Shown piece after piece: positions 32,322-42,304 of a DNA stretch of 51,571 nt; the stretch's first letter is position 1; each line of letters opens with the position of its first letter. The position numbers and the translations under genes are program-made. The stretch spans positions 1-51,571 of the forward strand of contig JAYUHN010000369.1 of the NCBI GenBank assembly GCA_043766965.1. The letters run 5' to 3'. The notes beneath the pieces are model-generated. The model was not told where the DNA came from and did no database searches. It saw only the letters and a list, made by a program, of their open reading frames with translations. This DNA comes from Ramlibacter sp. GTDB lineage: Bacteria; Pseudomonadota; Gammaproteobacteria; Burkholderiales; Burkholderiaceae_C.

Positions 32322-32992
32322 TTCTTCTTCACTCCCGGGGCGGCTGCCTTGCGCTGCGCCGCGACCTCATCGCCGTCGAGGTAGCGGAAGGTCTTGGCTG
32401 TCGCTTCCATCTGCAGCGTTCCGTCCTTGGTCGGGACGATGCTGAGGTTGTTCAGCGTGACGATGCGGGAAAGGTTGGCAATGTCCGAAGCAAAAGACCC
32501 GACGTCGTGATACCGCCCGGCCACGCGCAGGGCGATCGGCAGTTCGGCGTAGTACTCCTTGGCGCTGACCTGCCCCGGGCGGAACAGCTCGAAGCGAAGA
32601 CTGCGCCCCAGGCCGGCCTGGTTGATGTCCGACAGCAGCGCATCCATCTCCGCCTTGCTGGGGAGCTGCTTTTCCAGCTGCGTCACATATTGCTGGACCT
32701 GTTCGCGCTGCTTCCTGAGCGCGTCGAGGTTCACCGCCTGGACCAGCTTGGACTTGAAGTCGTTTCTGAGCACCACTTCCTTGGCGCGCTCGGCATCGAG
32801 TTCCGCATCCGAGCTGTTCAACCAGGCGAACCACAACGCGGTCACGATGCCCGCCATCAGCACGAAGCACAGGGCGGCGCGCGGAAGGACGGGCCAGGAC
32901 GAAGGATCGTTCGGGTTCAGTCCCCGGAATTGCGCCTGCAGCGACTGCCGCATTGCCTCGAGGTCGAATTTGGAAGGTGACTTGCTTGCCAT
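32318..32992 (-). CDS. pilO: Type IV pilus assembly protein PilO
   Basis: QLPSKAEMDALLSDI, YYAELPI and LSRIVTL. Confidence 0.95.
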   Translation of the reverse strand: MASKSPSKFDLEAMRQSLQAQFRGLNPNDPSSWPVLPRAALCFVLMAGIVTALWFAWLNSSDAELDAERAKEVVLRNDFKSKLVQAVNLDALRKQREQVQQYVTQLEKQLPSKAEMDALLSDINQAGLGRSLRFELFRPGQVSAKEYYAELPIALRVAGRYHDVGSFASDIANLSRIVTLNNLSIVPTKDGTLQMEATAKTFRYLDGDEVAAQRKAAAPGVKKK

Positions 32993-32994
32993 GA

Positions 32995-33606
32995 TCAGCT
33001 TTTCCCCGGCGCCGACGCTGCGCTTGCGGCCGCGGCCTTTTGAGCTTCGCTGCTGCGCAGCAATTTGACCTTCATCTGGAAGTTGGCCACTCGCCGCTGC
33101 TCCTTGCCAAGGGGCACGGTCGACGCGACGATCTCCACCAGTTCGGGCTTCGTCAGCCAGGCACTGTTGTTGCCCAGGTTGCGCAGAAGCTCGGACACAC
33201 GCTCGTTCGACTGGGCGACCCCAAGGATCGACACGACCTGGTTTTCCTGCTTCACATTGGTGACGAAGACACCGTCGGGAAGCTGGCGCACCAGTTCGTT
33301 GAGCAGGTGCACCGGCATGTTGCGGTCAGCCTGCAGGTCCTCCACCGCCTGCTGGCGGGCCCGCAATGCCGCGATCTCTTCCTGCAGCGTGGCGATGTCC
33401 TTGATCTGCCCCTCGAGCCGCTTGATCTCGGTCTGGAGCACCAGGTTCTGGCCCTGCTGGTTCGAGATCTGGGCGGCGTACCAGAGGAAGATGATGCCGG
33501 CAATGACGCCACCCATCACGGCTGACGCCCCGAGGGTTGCATAGAAGGCGTCGCGCCTGCGCTTTCGGGCTGCCTCGCGGTGAGGCAGCAGGTTGATCAG
33601 GATCAC
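32995..33606 (-). CDS. pilN: Type IV pilus assembly protein PilN
   Basis: GTG start at 33606; INLLP motif and SNERVSELLRNL. Confidence 0.95.
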   Translation of the reverse strand: MILINLLPHREAARKRRRDAFYATLGASAVMGGVIAGIIFLWYAAQISNQQGQNLVLQTEIKRLEGQIKDIATLQEEIAALRARQQAVEDLQADRNMPVHLLNELVRQLPDGVFVTNVKQENQVVSILGVAQSNERVSELLRNLGNNSAWLTKPELVEIVASTVPLGKEQRRVANFQMKVKLLRSSEAQKAAAASAASAPGKS

Positions 33607-34682
33607 TGCAGGAACCTCCGCATGGCCAGGCCGCATGAGGTGAGGTAGGAAGGTGCTTCGCGTCGCATCTTCTTTTCGCGCACGCCATCTCCGATGTGCA
33701 TGCCCTCGAACGGATCGGCAAGCATGCAGGGGAAAGAGGTCTGGGCCGTCACGGTTTCGGCCAGGCCCGGAAGCGCGGACGAGCCTCCGGCCAGCATCAC
33801 ATAGTCAACCCGGTTGTGCGGCGTGCTCGTAAAGAAGAACTGCATCGCGCGGGCGATTTCCTGCGACATGCTCTCCACGAACGGCTTCAACACGCCGGCG
33901 TCGTAATCCTCGGGCAGATCGCCGTTGCGCTTCTTGGTCTCGGCTTCTTCCGACGAGAAGCCGTATTGGCGGACGATGAGCTGCGTCAGCTGGGCGCCGC
34001 CAAATGCCTGGTCCCGGTCGTACAAGACCTCGTCGTTGCGGATGACCTGCATGCTGGTGGTGAACGCGCCGACCTCGAACAGGGCCACCATCGTGTCCAC
34101 ACCCTTGTTCGGCAACGCTTCGATCAGGCGACCTGCCGCCAGCCTCGAGGAATACGACTCGACGTCGATGATGACGGGCTTCAGGCCCGCGGCCTCGGCC
34201 AGGCCTTGCCGGTCCTGGACTTTCTCGCGGCGCGATGCGGCGATCAGTACCTCGACGTCGCCCGACGAAGTGGGACTCGGGCCGATGACGCAGAAGTCAA
34301 GACTGACCTCGTCCAGCGAGAAGGGGATGTACTGGTTGGCCTCGGTTTCGACCTGGACCTCCAGGTCCTGCTCGCTCATGCCGCCAGGAAGGATGATCTT
34401 TTTGGTGATGACCGCGGACGGCGGAAGCGCCATCGCCACGTTCCGGGTGCGGGTGCCGCTTTTCTTGACGACACGGCGCATCGCGTCCGCCACCTCGTCG
34501 AATTTTTCGACGTTGCCGTCGGTGATCCAGCCCCGTTCGAGGGGCTCGATCGCGCAGCGCTCCAGAACCAGATTGCCTTCCTTGTCCCGGCTCAGCTCAA
34601 CCAGCTTCACGCTGGAGGAACTGATGTCCAAACCCAGCAAAGGTGCCGGCTGGCGATTAAACAATGACCCCAGTGCGCTCAC
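33603..34682 (-). CDS. pilM: Type IV pilus assembly protein PilM
   Basis: LGLDISSSSVKLVEL, QYIPF, FGGAQLT and GLAMR. Confidence 0.96.
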   Translation of the reverse strand: MSALGSLFNRQPAPLLGLDISSSSVKLVELSRDKEGNLVLERCAIEPLERGWITDGNVEKFDEVADAMRRVVKKSGTRTRNVAMALPPSAVITKKIILPGGMSEQDLEVQVETEANQYIPFSLDEVSLDFCVIGPSPTSSGDVEVLIAASRREKVQDRQGLAEAAGLKPVIIDVESYSSRLAAGRLIEALPNKGVDTMVALFEVGAFTTSMQVIRNDEVLYDRDQAFGGAQLTQLIVRQYGFSSEEAETKKRNGDLPEDYDAGVLKPFVESMSQEIARAMQFFFTSTPHNRVDYVMLAGGSSALPGLAETVTAQTSFPCMLADPFEGMHIGDGVREKKMRREAPSYLTSCGLAMRRFLQ

Positions 34683-34913
34683 TACAGTCTCCTGATACGC
34701 CGGATTTCACGGTGTAACAAAGTTAAGAAATCACTTCAATGCTAGCAGCAACATCCTTGTCTCTCAAAGGAATTTTCCGTTTACACCCCTACCAATCGTT
34801 GCCAAAAACCGACGACGCCAAACTGCAACGTCGATTGAACGCGTACGCTCAAAAGGCAGTAGCCGCGCCTGCAAAATTGCAATCTGCGCTGCGCTCCAGC
34901 CCCAGCGGATTTT

Positions 34914-34919
34914 TATAAT
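34914..34919 (+). promoter_or_regulatory. Putative sigma70 -10 box for mrcA
   Basis: TATAAT 24 nt upstream of the ATG at 34944, in the AT-rich divergent pilM/mrcA intergenic region. Confidence 0.55.
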
Positions 34920-34943
34920 GGCGAGGCCTTTACCTGGACACCT

Positions 34944-37376
34944 ATGCCCTCTGATCCCTTAGCTGCCCCCGAAACCTCCGCGTCCTCTCCCAGGCCCATC
35001 CGCCGCAGCGGCCTGATGCGCGCGCTGCTCTGGGCAGGCGGGGTTTTGCTGGCAGGTATCGCCTGTGTTGTGATCATCGTAGGGGTAGCTCTCGCGGTTG
35101 CCTACCCCAACCTGCCGGATATCTCCGATTTGTCGGATTACCGTCCAAAATTACCGCTCCGAATCTATTCGGCGGATGGACTTCTGATGGGAGAGTTCGG
35201 CGAAGAGCGCCGCAACCTCACTCCGATCCGCGATATCCCGAAAGTGATGGTCAACGCCGTCCTCGCCATCGAGGATGCCCGCTTTTATTCGCATGGCGGC
35301 GTCGATTACAGGGGGCTGGCTCGTGCCGCCGTGGCCAACATGGGCCGCGTGAAGAGCCAGGGAGCCTCGACCATCACCATGCAGGTCGCCCGCAACGTCT
35401 ACCTGTCGTCCGAGAAGACCTTCACACGCAAGCTGTATGAGGTGCTGCTCACGTTCAAGCTTGAACACATGCTCTCTAAGGACCAGATCCTGGAGATCTA
35501 CATGAACCAGATCTTTCTGGGAAACCGGGCGTATGGCTTCGCAGCGGCCTCGGACGCGTACTTCGGCAAACCAATGAAGGACCTCACCATCGCCGAGGCC
35601 GCGATGCTGGCTGGATTGCCGAAGGCGCCGTCTGCGTACAACCCCATCAGCAACCCGAGCAGGGCACGGGCGCGCCAGCAGTACATCATCGAACGGATGC
35701 AGGAAAACGGGTTCATCACCGCTGAGGAGGCAGTAGCGGCCAAAAAGCAGGAGCTGCAGGTCCGCAGCGGGGGCGACAACACCAAGGTGCACGCCGAATA
35801 CATCGCAGAAACGGTGCGCCAGCTGGTCTACGCACAGTACGGGGACGAATCCTACACGCGGGGCCTGAATGTGTTCACCACTGTCAAGGCCGACCAGCAG
35901 GACGCTGCGTACCGCAGCCTGCGAAAAGGCATCATGGATTACGAACGGCGCCAGATTTACCGCGGACCGGAAGAATTCGTCGAACTGCCTGTGGATGCGA
36001 AAGCAGCCGGCGAAGCCGTCGACGATGCCCTGGCCGAACATCCCGACAACGGCGATGTGCTGGCAGCGGTTGTGCTCGAGGCCCACCCGAAAAAGATCGT
36101 TGCGGTGCGGCAGACCGGGGAGCACATCGAGATCGTCGGTGAGGGGCTGCGGCCCGCCCAGTCAGGCCTGTCCGACAAGGCGCCTCCCAAGATCAAGATC
36201 CGGCGCGGCGCTGTCATCCGTATCGCAAAGACGCCGAAGAACAGCTGGGAAATCACCCAGCTGCCCGAGGTGGAAGGGGCTTTTGTCGCCCTCGATCCGC
36301 GCGACGGAGCCATCCACGCGCTGGTCGGCGGCTTCGATTTCAACAAGAACAAGTTCAACCACGTGACACAGGCCTGGCGCCAGCCGGGCTCCGGCTTCAA
36401 GCCTTTCATCTATTCGGCGGCGCTCGAAAAGGGCTTCACGCCGTCGACGGTGGTGAATGACGCTCCGCTCTTTTTCGATGCGGGTGTCACCGGCGGGCAA
36501 CCCTGGGAGCCCAAGAACTACGACGGCAAGTTCGAAGGGCTGATGCCATTGCACATGGCGCTGGCGAAATCCAAGAACATGGTGTCGATCCGGATCCTGC
36601 AAGCCGTGGGCGCGCAGAACGCACAGGACTGGATCACCCGCTTCGGGTTCGACGCCGAGAAGCACCCGCCTTATCTCACCATGGCCCTCGGGGCCGGATC
36701 GGTGACGCCGATGCAGATGGCAATGGGCTATTCGGTCTTTGCCAACGGGGGCTACCGGATCAACCCATGGCTGATCACGAAGATCACCGACCAGAAAGGC
36801 AAGACCCTGGTCGAGAGCCAGCCGCCGCTGCCGAACGAATCGGTCCGGGCGATCGACGCGCGCAACGCTTTCATCATGGAACGCCTGCTGCAGGAAGTCG
36901 CCCGCGTCGGTACCGCGGCGCGGGCCCAGCGCGATCTCAAGCGGCCCGACCTGTACGGCAAGACGGGAACGACCAATGACTCGATCGACACCTGGTTCAA
37001 CGGCTTTCACCAGACCCTGGTGGCGATCGTCTGGATGGGGTACGACACCCCACGCTCGCTTGGAGACCGGGAAACCGGCGGCGGACTGAGCTTGCCGGTG
37101 TGGATCAATTTCATGGAGACCGCGCTGAAAGGCATACCCGTCATGGAACCGGCAGCGCCGCAAGGCGTCGTGAACGTGGGCGGCGAGTGGTACTACGAGG
37201 AATATGCCCGCGGCGGTGGCATCGGCAGCCTCGGAGTGAGCGCCAGCCCGGCTGCGGGAGCGATGGGACCGCCGGAGGACAAGAGCCTCATGAACTCGGA
37301 TGGCATGCCACCGGGTCGCCAGCTCCTGCCCCCGACCGACGAGCGCAAGAGCATCCTGGACCTGTTCCGGAACTAG
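34944..37376 (+). CDS. mrcA: Penicillin-binding protein 1A
   Basis: Transglycosylase motifs EDARF, GASTITMQ and RKLYE; transpeptidase motifs PGSGFKP, SKN and KTGT; divergent from pilM. Confidence 0.96.
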   Translation: MPSDPLAAPETSASSPRPIRRSGLMRALLWAGGVLLAGIACVVIIVGVALAVAYPNLPDISDLSDYRPKLPLRIYSADGLLMGEFGEERRNLTPIRDIPKVMVNAVLAIEDARFYSHGGVDYRGLARAAVANMGRVKSQGASTITMQVARNVYLSSEKTFTRKLYEVLLTFKLEHMLSKDQILEIYMNQIFLGNRAYGFAAASDAYFGKPMKDLTIAEAAMLAGLPKAPSAYNPISNPSRARARQQYIIERMQENGFITAEEAVAAKKQELQVRSGGDNTKVHAEYIAETVRQLVYAQYGDESYTRGLNVFTTVKADQQDAAYRSLRKGIMDYERRQIYRGPEEFVELPVDAKAAGEAVDDALAEHPDNGDVLAAVVLEAHPKKIVAVRQTGEHIEIVGEGLRPAQSGLSDKAPPKIKIRRGAVIRIAKTPKNSWEITQLPEVEGAFVALDPRDGAIHALVGGFDFNKNKFNHVTQAWRQPGSGFKPFIYSAALEKGFTPSTVVNDAPLFFDAGVTGGQPWEPKNYDGKFEGLMPLHMALAKSKNMVSIRILQAVGAQNAQDWITRFGFDAEKHPPYLTMALGAGSVTPMQMAMGYSVFANGGYRINPWLITKITDQKGKTLVESQPPLPNESVRAIDARNAFIMERLLQEVARVGTAARAQRDLKRPDLYGKTGTTNDSIDTWFNGFHQTLVAIVWMGYDTPRSLGDRETGGGLSLPVWINFMETALKGIPVMEPAAPQGVVNVGGEWYYEEYARGGGIGSLGVSASPAAGAMGPPEDKSLMNSDGMPPGRQLLPPTDERKSILDLFRN

Positions 37377-37382
37377 GTTTTT

Positions 37383-37712
37383 TCAGCCTTCGAAGCGCAG
37401 CGGCCGGCCGGCCTGTTCGCTTGCGTAACGAGCCAGGTGGGCGAAAAACTCGCCTTGACCCTTGGTGTCGGTCCAGCGCTCGCCGTCGAACCGGTAGTGA
37501 AAGCCACCCGCCCGTGCCGCCAACCAGACTTCCTGCAGCGGCTTTTGCAGGTTGACGATGATCTGCGAGCCGTTGCCGAAGGTCATCGTGACCATGCCAC
37601 CGACCCGCTGGTTGTCGACATCGGCGTCCGATTCGTCATTGATGCGGTCGCAGCTCGACTCGATCCGGGCCAGCAATGCCTCCGCACGATCCATGTAATC
37701 CGGGTCGGTCAT
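37383..37712 (-). CDS. cyaY: Iron donor protein CyaY (frataxin)
   Basis: [25 protein letters not shown]. Confidence 0.94.
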   Translation of the reverse strand: MTDPDYMDRAEALLARIESSCDRINDESDADVDNQRVGGMVTMTFGNGSQIIVNLQKPLQEVWLAARAGGFHYRFDGERWTDTKGQGEFFAHLARYASEQAGRPLRFEG

Positions 37713-37724
37713 TACAATTTCGCC

Positions 37725-37958
37725 ATGTTCAACATTTGCCGGATTCTAATCAGCAACCGCCACCGGCGACTGGCGGTCGCGACCGCCGGGTTGATGCTGC
37801 TAGCGGCCTGCGGCCAGAAAGGCGCGCTGTTCCTGCCGACCGAGCCGGCAGCCCAGGGCCGCGCGACACTGCCGCAAACACTGCGCCCGGTGATGGTGAG
37901 TCCGCCTTCCGCTCCTCCCGCAACCGGGACGGCATCCCCGATTCCCATGGCTCCATGA
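37725..37958 (+). CDS. lptM: Small lipoprotein, LptM/YifL (LppL) family
   Basis: [13 protein letters not shown] motif, between cyaY and lysA; ATG at 37725. Confidence 0.85.
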   Translation: MFNICRILISNRHRRLAVATAGLMLLAACGQKGALFLPTEPAAQGRATLPQTLRPVMVSPPSAPPATGTASPIPMAP

Positions 37959-39232
37959 CGTCTTCCCTGCTCCCGGGACAGCCGCACTTCGACCTGCGGC
38001 ACGGCGAATGGTGCGTTGAGGGCGTCTCATTGGCTGCGCTCGCGCGCGAGCATGGCACGCCTCTGTTCGTCTACTCGAAGAGCGCCATGCTGCAAGCGCT
38101 GGCGGCCTATCAGCGCGGTTTCGCCGGACGCAAGGCCAGCATCTGTTACGCGATGAAGGCGAATTCGGCACTGGGCGTACTGCAGGTGTTCTCGCGTGCG
38201 GGCTGCGGCTTTGACATCGTCTCGGGCGGAGAGCTCGAGCGTGCGCTGTCAGTGGGAGCGGCCGCTGGCAACATCATTTTTTCCGGTGTCGGCAAGACCC
38301 GCGCCGAGATGCAGAGAGCCTTGGCCGTCGGAATCGGCTGCTTCAATGTGGAAAGCGAAGCCGAACTGGAGGTCCTCAGCGCGGTCGCCGTGGCGGCAGG
38401 CAAAGTAGCTCCGGTGAGCATCCGGGTGAACCCGGATGTGGACCCCAAGACCCATCCCTACATTTCGACCGGGCTGAAAGACAGCAAGTTCGGCGTTGCG
38501 CATGACGCAGCGCTGCCGGCATACCGCCGGGCGGCCTCACTTCCGGGGCTGCGTGTGGTCGGCATCGACTGTCACCTCGGGTCCCAGATCACTGCGTCGG
38601 AGCCCTATCTCGAAGCGATGGACCGCGTGCTCGACCTCGTTGGGGCGATCGAGGCCGCAGGCATTCCCCTTGCCCACATCGACTTTGGCGGGGGTCTGGG
38701 CATCAACTACAACGACGAGATGCCACCCAGTGCCGATTCGCTCTGGGCTGAATTGTTCGCAAGAATCGATTCGCGCGGCTATGGCGACCGGCATTTCATG
38801 ATCGAACCGGGACGCTCGCTCGTCGGCAACGCGGGGGTCTGCCTGGCAGAAGTGCTGTACCTGAAGCCGGGGGAGCAGAAGAATTTCTGCGTCATCGACG
38901 CAGCAATGAACGACCTTCCGCGCCCCGCGATGTACCAGGCATTTCACACCATCGTGCCGGTGCGGGACAGTGGCGAACCGGCAGTGCGCTATGACGTCGT
39001 CGGTCCGGTATGCGAAAGCGGCGACTGGATCGGGCACGACCGCACGCTCGCGGTCCGGCCGGGCGACCTGCTGGCAATCCTGTCTGCGGGCGCTTACTGC
39101 ATGAGCATGGCGAGCAACTACAACACCCGCGGGAGGGCCGCCGAGGTGCTGGTGGACGGCAACCAGGTCCACGTGATCCGTCAGCGCGAATCCGCGGCGG
39201 ACCAGATGCGCGCGGAGCGGCTCGTTCCCTGA
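37955..39232 (+). CDS. lysA: Diaminopimelate decarboxylase
   Basis: Start MTSSLLPG at 37955 (ATGA overlap). YAMKANS, HLGSQ, EPGRS, GPVCESGD and GAYCMSMASNYN. Confidence 0.97.
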   Translation: MTSSLLPGQPHFDLRHGEWCVEGVSLAALAREHGTPLFVYSKSAMLQALAAYQRGFAGRKASICYAMKANSALGVLQVFSRAGCGFDIVSGGELERALSVGAAAGNIIFSGVGKTRAEMQRALAVGIGCFNVESEAELEVLSAVAVAAGKVAPVSIRVNPDVDPKTHPYISTGLKDSKFGVAHDAALPAYRRAASLPGLRVVGIDCHLGSQITASEPYLEAMDRVLDLVGAIEAAGIPLAHIDFGGGLGINYNDEMPPSADSLWAELFARIDSRGYGDRHFMIEPGRSLVGNAGVCLAEVLYLKPGEQKNFCVIDAAMNDLPRPAMYQAFHTIVPVRDSGEPAVRYDVVGPVCESGDWIGHDRTLAVRPGDLLAILSAGAYCMSMASNYNTRGRAAEVLVDGNQVHVIRQRESAADQMRAERLVP

Positions 39233-39235
39233 GTC

Positions 39236-39910
39236 TTACTGACGCGAGAGCGTGCGGTTGCCGCGTGGGCCCGGTGCCGGCCTTCTTTTTTTCCAATGCT
39301 GCACCACGCGCCACCCCAGCAGCAGGCCGACGATCACTGCGTAGACCGCAACTTCGGCAAAGTTGTTCTTGCCCGCCCGCATCCAGAAAAAGTGCAGCAG
39401 CGCCAGTGCCGCAACGACGTAGACCAGCTTGTGCAGCACCTGCCAGCGACGCGCGCCCACTGCCTTGACCACGCGGTTGAACGACGTCGCTGCCAACGGC
39501 GTCAGCAGCACGAAGGCCGCGAACCCGACCAGGATGAACGGCCGCTTGGCGATGTCCTTGCCTGTTTCGGCGACGTCGAAGCCCATGTCGAACCAGGCGT
39601 AGCTCAGGAAGTGCAGCACCACATAGAAATAGACGAACAGGCCGAGCATCCTGCGAAAACGCGCCAACGCCGGCGTGCCGGTCAGCACCCGTAGCGGCGT
39701 CACCGCGAGCGTGATGCAAAGAAAGCGCAAGGTCCAGTCGCCGGTGGCCCGGGACAGGTACTCGGCCGGATTGGCCCCGAGCTGGTTGGTTGAAGCGCCG
39801 TAGACCAGCCACGCGAATGGCAGCAACGCCAGCAGGAACAGGACGACCTTGGCAGCAGGATGCAAAAGCATCGCCGCCAGCCCTCGGCGCGACGCCAGAA
39901 CCGTAGCCAT
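39236..39910 (-). CDS. msrQ: Methionine sulfoxide reductase heme-binding membrane subunit MsrQ
   Basis: LGANP, RRMLGL, KRPFILVG, PLAATS and WQVLHKLVY. Confidence 0.94.
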   Translation of the reverse strand: MATVLASRRGLAAMLLHPAAKVVLFLLALLPFAWLVYGASTNQLGANPAEYLSRATGDWTLRFLCITLAVTPLRVLTGTPALARFRRMLGLFVYFYVVLHFLSYAWFDMGFDVAETGKDIAKRPFILVGFAAFVLLTPLAATSFNRVVKAVGARRWQVLHKLVYVVAALALLHFFWMRAGKNNFAEVAVYAVIVGLLLGWRVVQHWKKRRPAPGPRGNRTLSRQ

Positions 39911-40905
39911 CAGAAGTTCTTCTTCAGGTCCATGCCCGCGTAGAGCTGCCCCACCTGCGCCTCGTAGCCATTGAACGCCAGGGTCTTGCGCTTCTTCGTA
40001 AACAGGCCGTCCTCGCCGATGCGCCGCTCGGTAGACTGGCTCCAGCGCGGATGGTCGACGTCAGGATTGACGTTCGAATAGAAGCCGTACTCGTTGGCAG
40101 CCGCCTTGTTCCACGCGGTCTTCGGTTCCTTGTCGGTAAACCGGATCTTCACCAGCGACTTGGCGCTCTTGAATCCGTATTTCCACGGCACGACCAGCCG
40201 CACCGGCGCGCCGTTCTGGTTCGGCAGGACTTCGCCATACATGCCGAACGCCAGCAGCGTCAGCGGATTCATCGCCTCGTCCATGCGCAGTCCCTCGGCG
40301 TAGGGCCAATCGAGTACCCGCGAGCCTACGAACGGCATGGTCTTCGGATCCGCCAGGCTGATGAATTCCACGTACTTGGCGCCGGATTGGGGCTCGACCT
40401 TTTCGATCAGCTTGCTGAGCGGGTAGCCGATCCAGGGGATGACCATCGACCAGCCTTCGACGCAGCGCAGACGGTAAATCCGTTCTTCCTGGGCGCTGAG
40501 CTTCATCAGCTCATCCAGCGAATACTTCCCAGGCTTGCTGACCATGCCCTCGACATCGACCGTCCACGGCGTGGTTTTGAGCGTGCTCGCGTTTTTTGCA
40601 GGGTCCGACTTGTCGGTGCCGAACTCGTAGAAATTGTTGTAGCTGCTTGCGTCCTTGAACCCGGTCACCTTTTCGGAGCTGACCGCGCCCGGGGCCGAGG
40701 AGCGAACCGCTGCCAGCGAAGCGTGCTTGCCGGGTTTTTCCACCTGGGCCAGTGCATGACGGCCGGCCCACGTGGCGAGCGCCGCGCCGGCAACCCCGCC
40801 GGCCATCAGCCGCATCAGCTCGCGGCGGTCGCGATAGATGGCTCTGGACGTAATTTCACTTGATACAGGGTGGATGAACCCGTCGCGGTCGGTCTTGATC
40901 AGCAT
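39910..40905 (-). CDS. msrP: Methionine sulfoxide reductase molybdopterin subunit MsrP
   Basis: SEIT...RRELM Tat-type leader; [23 protein letters not shown] and PWKYGFKS. Start likely at 40905. Confidence 0.95.
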   Translation of the reverse strand: MLIKTDRDGFIHPVSSEITSRAIYRDRRELMRLMAGGVAGAALATWAGRHALAQVEKPGKHASLAAVRSSAPGAVSSEKVTGFKDASSYNNFYEFGTDKSDPAKNASTLKTTPWTVDVEGMVSKPGKYSLDELMKLSAQEERIYRLRCVEGWSMVIPWIGYPLSKLIEKVEPQSGAKYVEFISLADPKTMPFVGSRVLDWPYAEGLRMDEAMNPLTLLAFGMYGEVLPNQNGAPVRLVVPWKYGFKSAKSLVKIRFTDKEPKTAWNKAAANEYGFYSNVNPDVDHPRWSQSTERRIGEDGLFTKKRKTLAFNGYEAQVGQLYAGMDLKKNF

Positions 40906-40984
40906 GGCTTGGTCCTCTAGCGCCCGGAACATCCGGCTTGACTGTGGATACGCGCCCCGCACCCGCAAGGATTCAAATCCTTAC

Positions 40985-42304
40985 TCAGAGGGTGCCGTAG
41001 CTATGCAGCCCGGACAGGAACATGTTGACCCCGATGAACGCAAAGGTCGTCACTGCCAGCCCGGCCAGAGCCCACCAGGCGGAAACGGTCCCGCGCAGAC
41101 CCTTCATCAGCCGCATGTGGAGCCACGCAGCGTAGTTGAGCCAGACGATCAATGCCCATGTTTCCTTGGGATCCCAGCTCCAGTAGCCGCCCCAGGCTTC
41201 CGCCGCCCACAGCGCGCCCAGCACGGTGGCGATCGTGAAGAAGGCGAAACCGACCGTGATGGACTTGTACATCACGTCGTCCAGCACCTCGAGCGGCGGC
41301 AGCTTGGCCGCAATGCGCCGGCGCCCAAACAGGATGCCGCCGACCACCAAAGCCGAGATGCCGAAATACACGGCCCAGTAACTGCTGCCGGTTTCGATTC
41401 CCTTGCGAAAGACCACCGGCTCGAAGCAAAGCACCACGCCGAGCAGCCACAGCGGCGCCAGCCTGTACCAGCGCGTCTCGCCGGCCTGCTGCTTGATCAG
41501 GTAGGCGAAGGCCACCATGGCCGACAGCGCGAAGGTTCCATAGCCGATGAAATTGGCCGGCACATGCAGCTTCATCCACCAGCTTTTGAGCGCGGGAACC
41601 AGTGGCTGGATTTCGTGCGCTTCGCGCACAACCGTGTACCACAGCAGGAAGCCCACGGCGGCGCTCACGACCAGCATCACGAAGGCCCCGAGCGCGCGGG
41701 TGCGGTACTGGTCTTCGAAATAGAGATAGAAGGTGGTGGTCAGCCAGCAGAACAACACGAATACTTCATACAGGTTGCTGACCGGGATGTGGCCGATGTC
41801 GGCGCCGAGCAGGTAGCTTTCGTACCAGCGCACCAGCGTGCCGATCAACGCCATGCCGACCGCGGCCCAGGCCAGGCGCGACCCGATCAGCGACATTGCG
41901 GCACCCTCCCCGCGCGACACGATGCCGATCCAGTAAAAAATGGTGCTCATGAACACCAGGACGCTCATCCACAGGATCGCGGACTGGCTGGAAAGGAAGT
42001 ACTTCAGCCAAAAAACGCTGTCGGCGCGGGCCAGACTCCCCTGATAGGACACGATCCCCAGCAGCGCGAAGGCCACGACCACCAGCATCAAAACCCGCAG
42101 CGGCCGCCAGAACCATCCGATCCAGATCGCGGCCGGCACGGCCGCCACCAGGATGCCGCGCTCGTAGACGTCCATGTAGGCGCTGTAACGTGAGAAGCCG
42201 AACAGCCCGCCGGCCACAACCATGGCAGCGAACAGCCAGTCAAGCCAGTTGCGGCGCAGAAAAAAGCCTTCGTGGAGGTCCAGCGTGGTGGTGGCAGTGT
42301 TCAT
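40985..42304 (-). CDS. ccsB: System II cytochrome c biogenesis protein (ResC/CcsA family)
   Basis: HIPVSNLYE and the WWD motif WAAEAWGGYWSWDPKET; GLHSY. Confidence 0.93.
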   Translation of the reverse strand: MNTATTTLDLHEGFFLRRNWLDWLFAAMVVAGGLFGFSRYSAYMDVYERGILVAAVPAAIWIGWFWRPLRVLMLVVVAFALLGIVSYQGSLARADSVFWLKYFLSSQSAILWMSVLVFMSTIFYWIGIVSRGEGAAMSLIGSRLAWAAVGMALIGTLVRWYESYLLGADIGHIPVSNLYEVFVLFCWLTTTFYLYFEDQYRTRALGAFVMLVVSAAVGFLLWYTVVREAHEIQPLVPALKSWWMKLHVPANFIGYGTFALSAMVAFAYLIKQQAGETRWYRLAPLWLLGVVLCFEPVVFRKGIETGSSYWAVYFGISALVVGGILFGRRRIAAKLPPLEVLDDVMYKSITVGFAFFTIATVLGALWAAEAWGGYWSWDPKETWALIVWLNYAAWLHMRLMKGLRGTVSAWWALAGLAVTTFAFIGVNMFLSGLHSYGTL

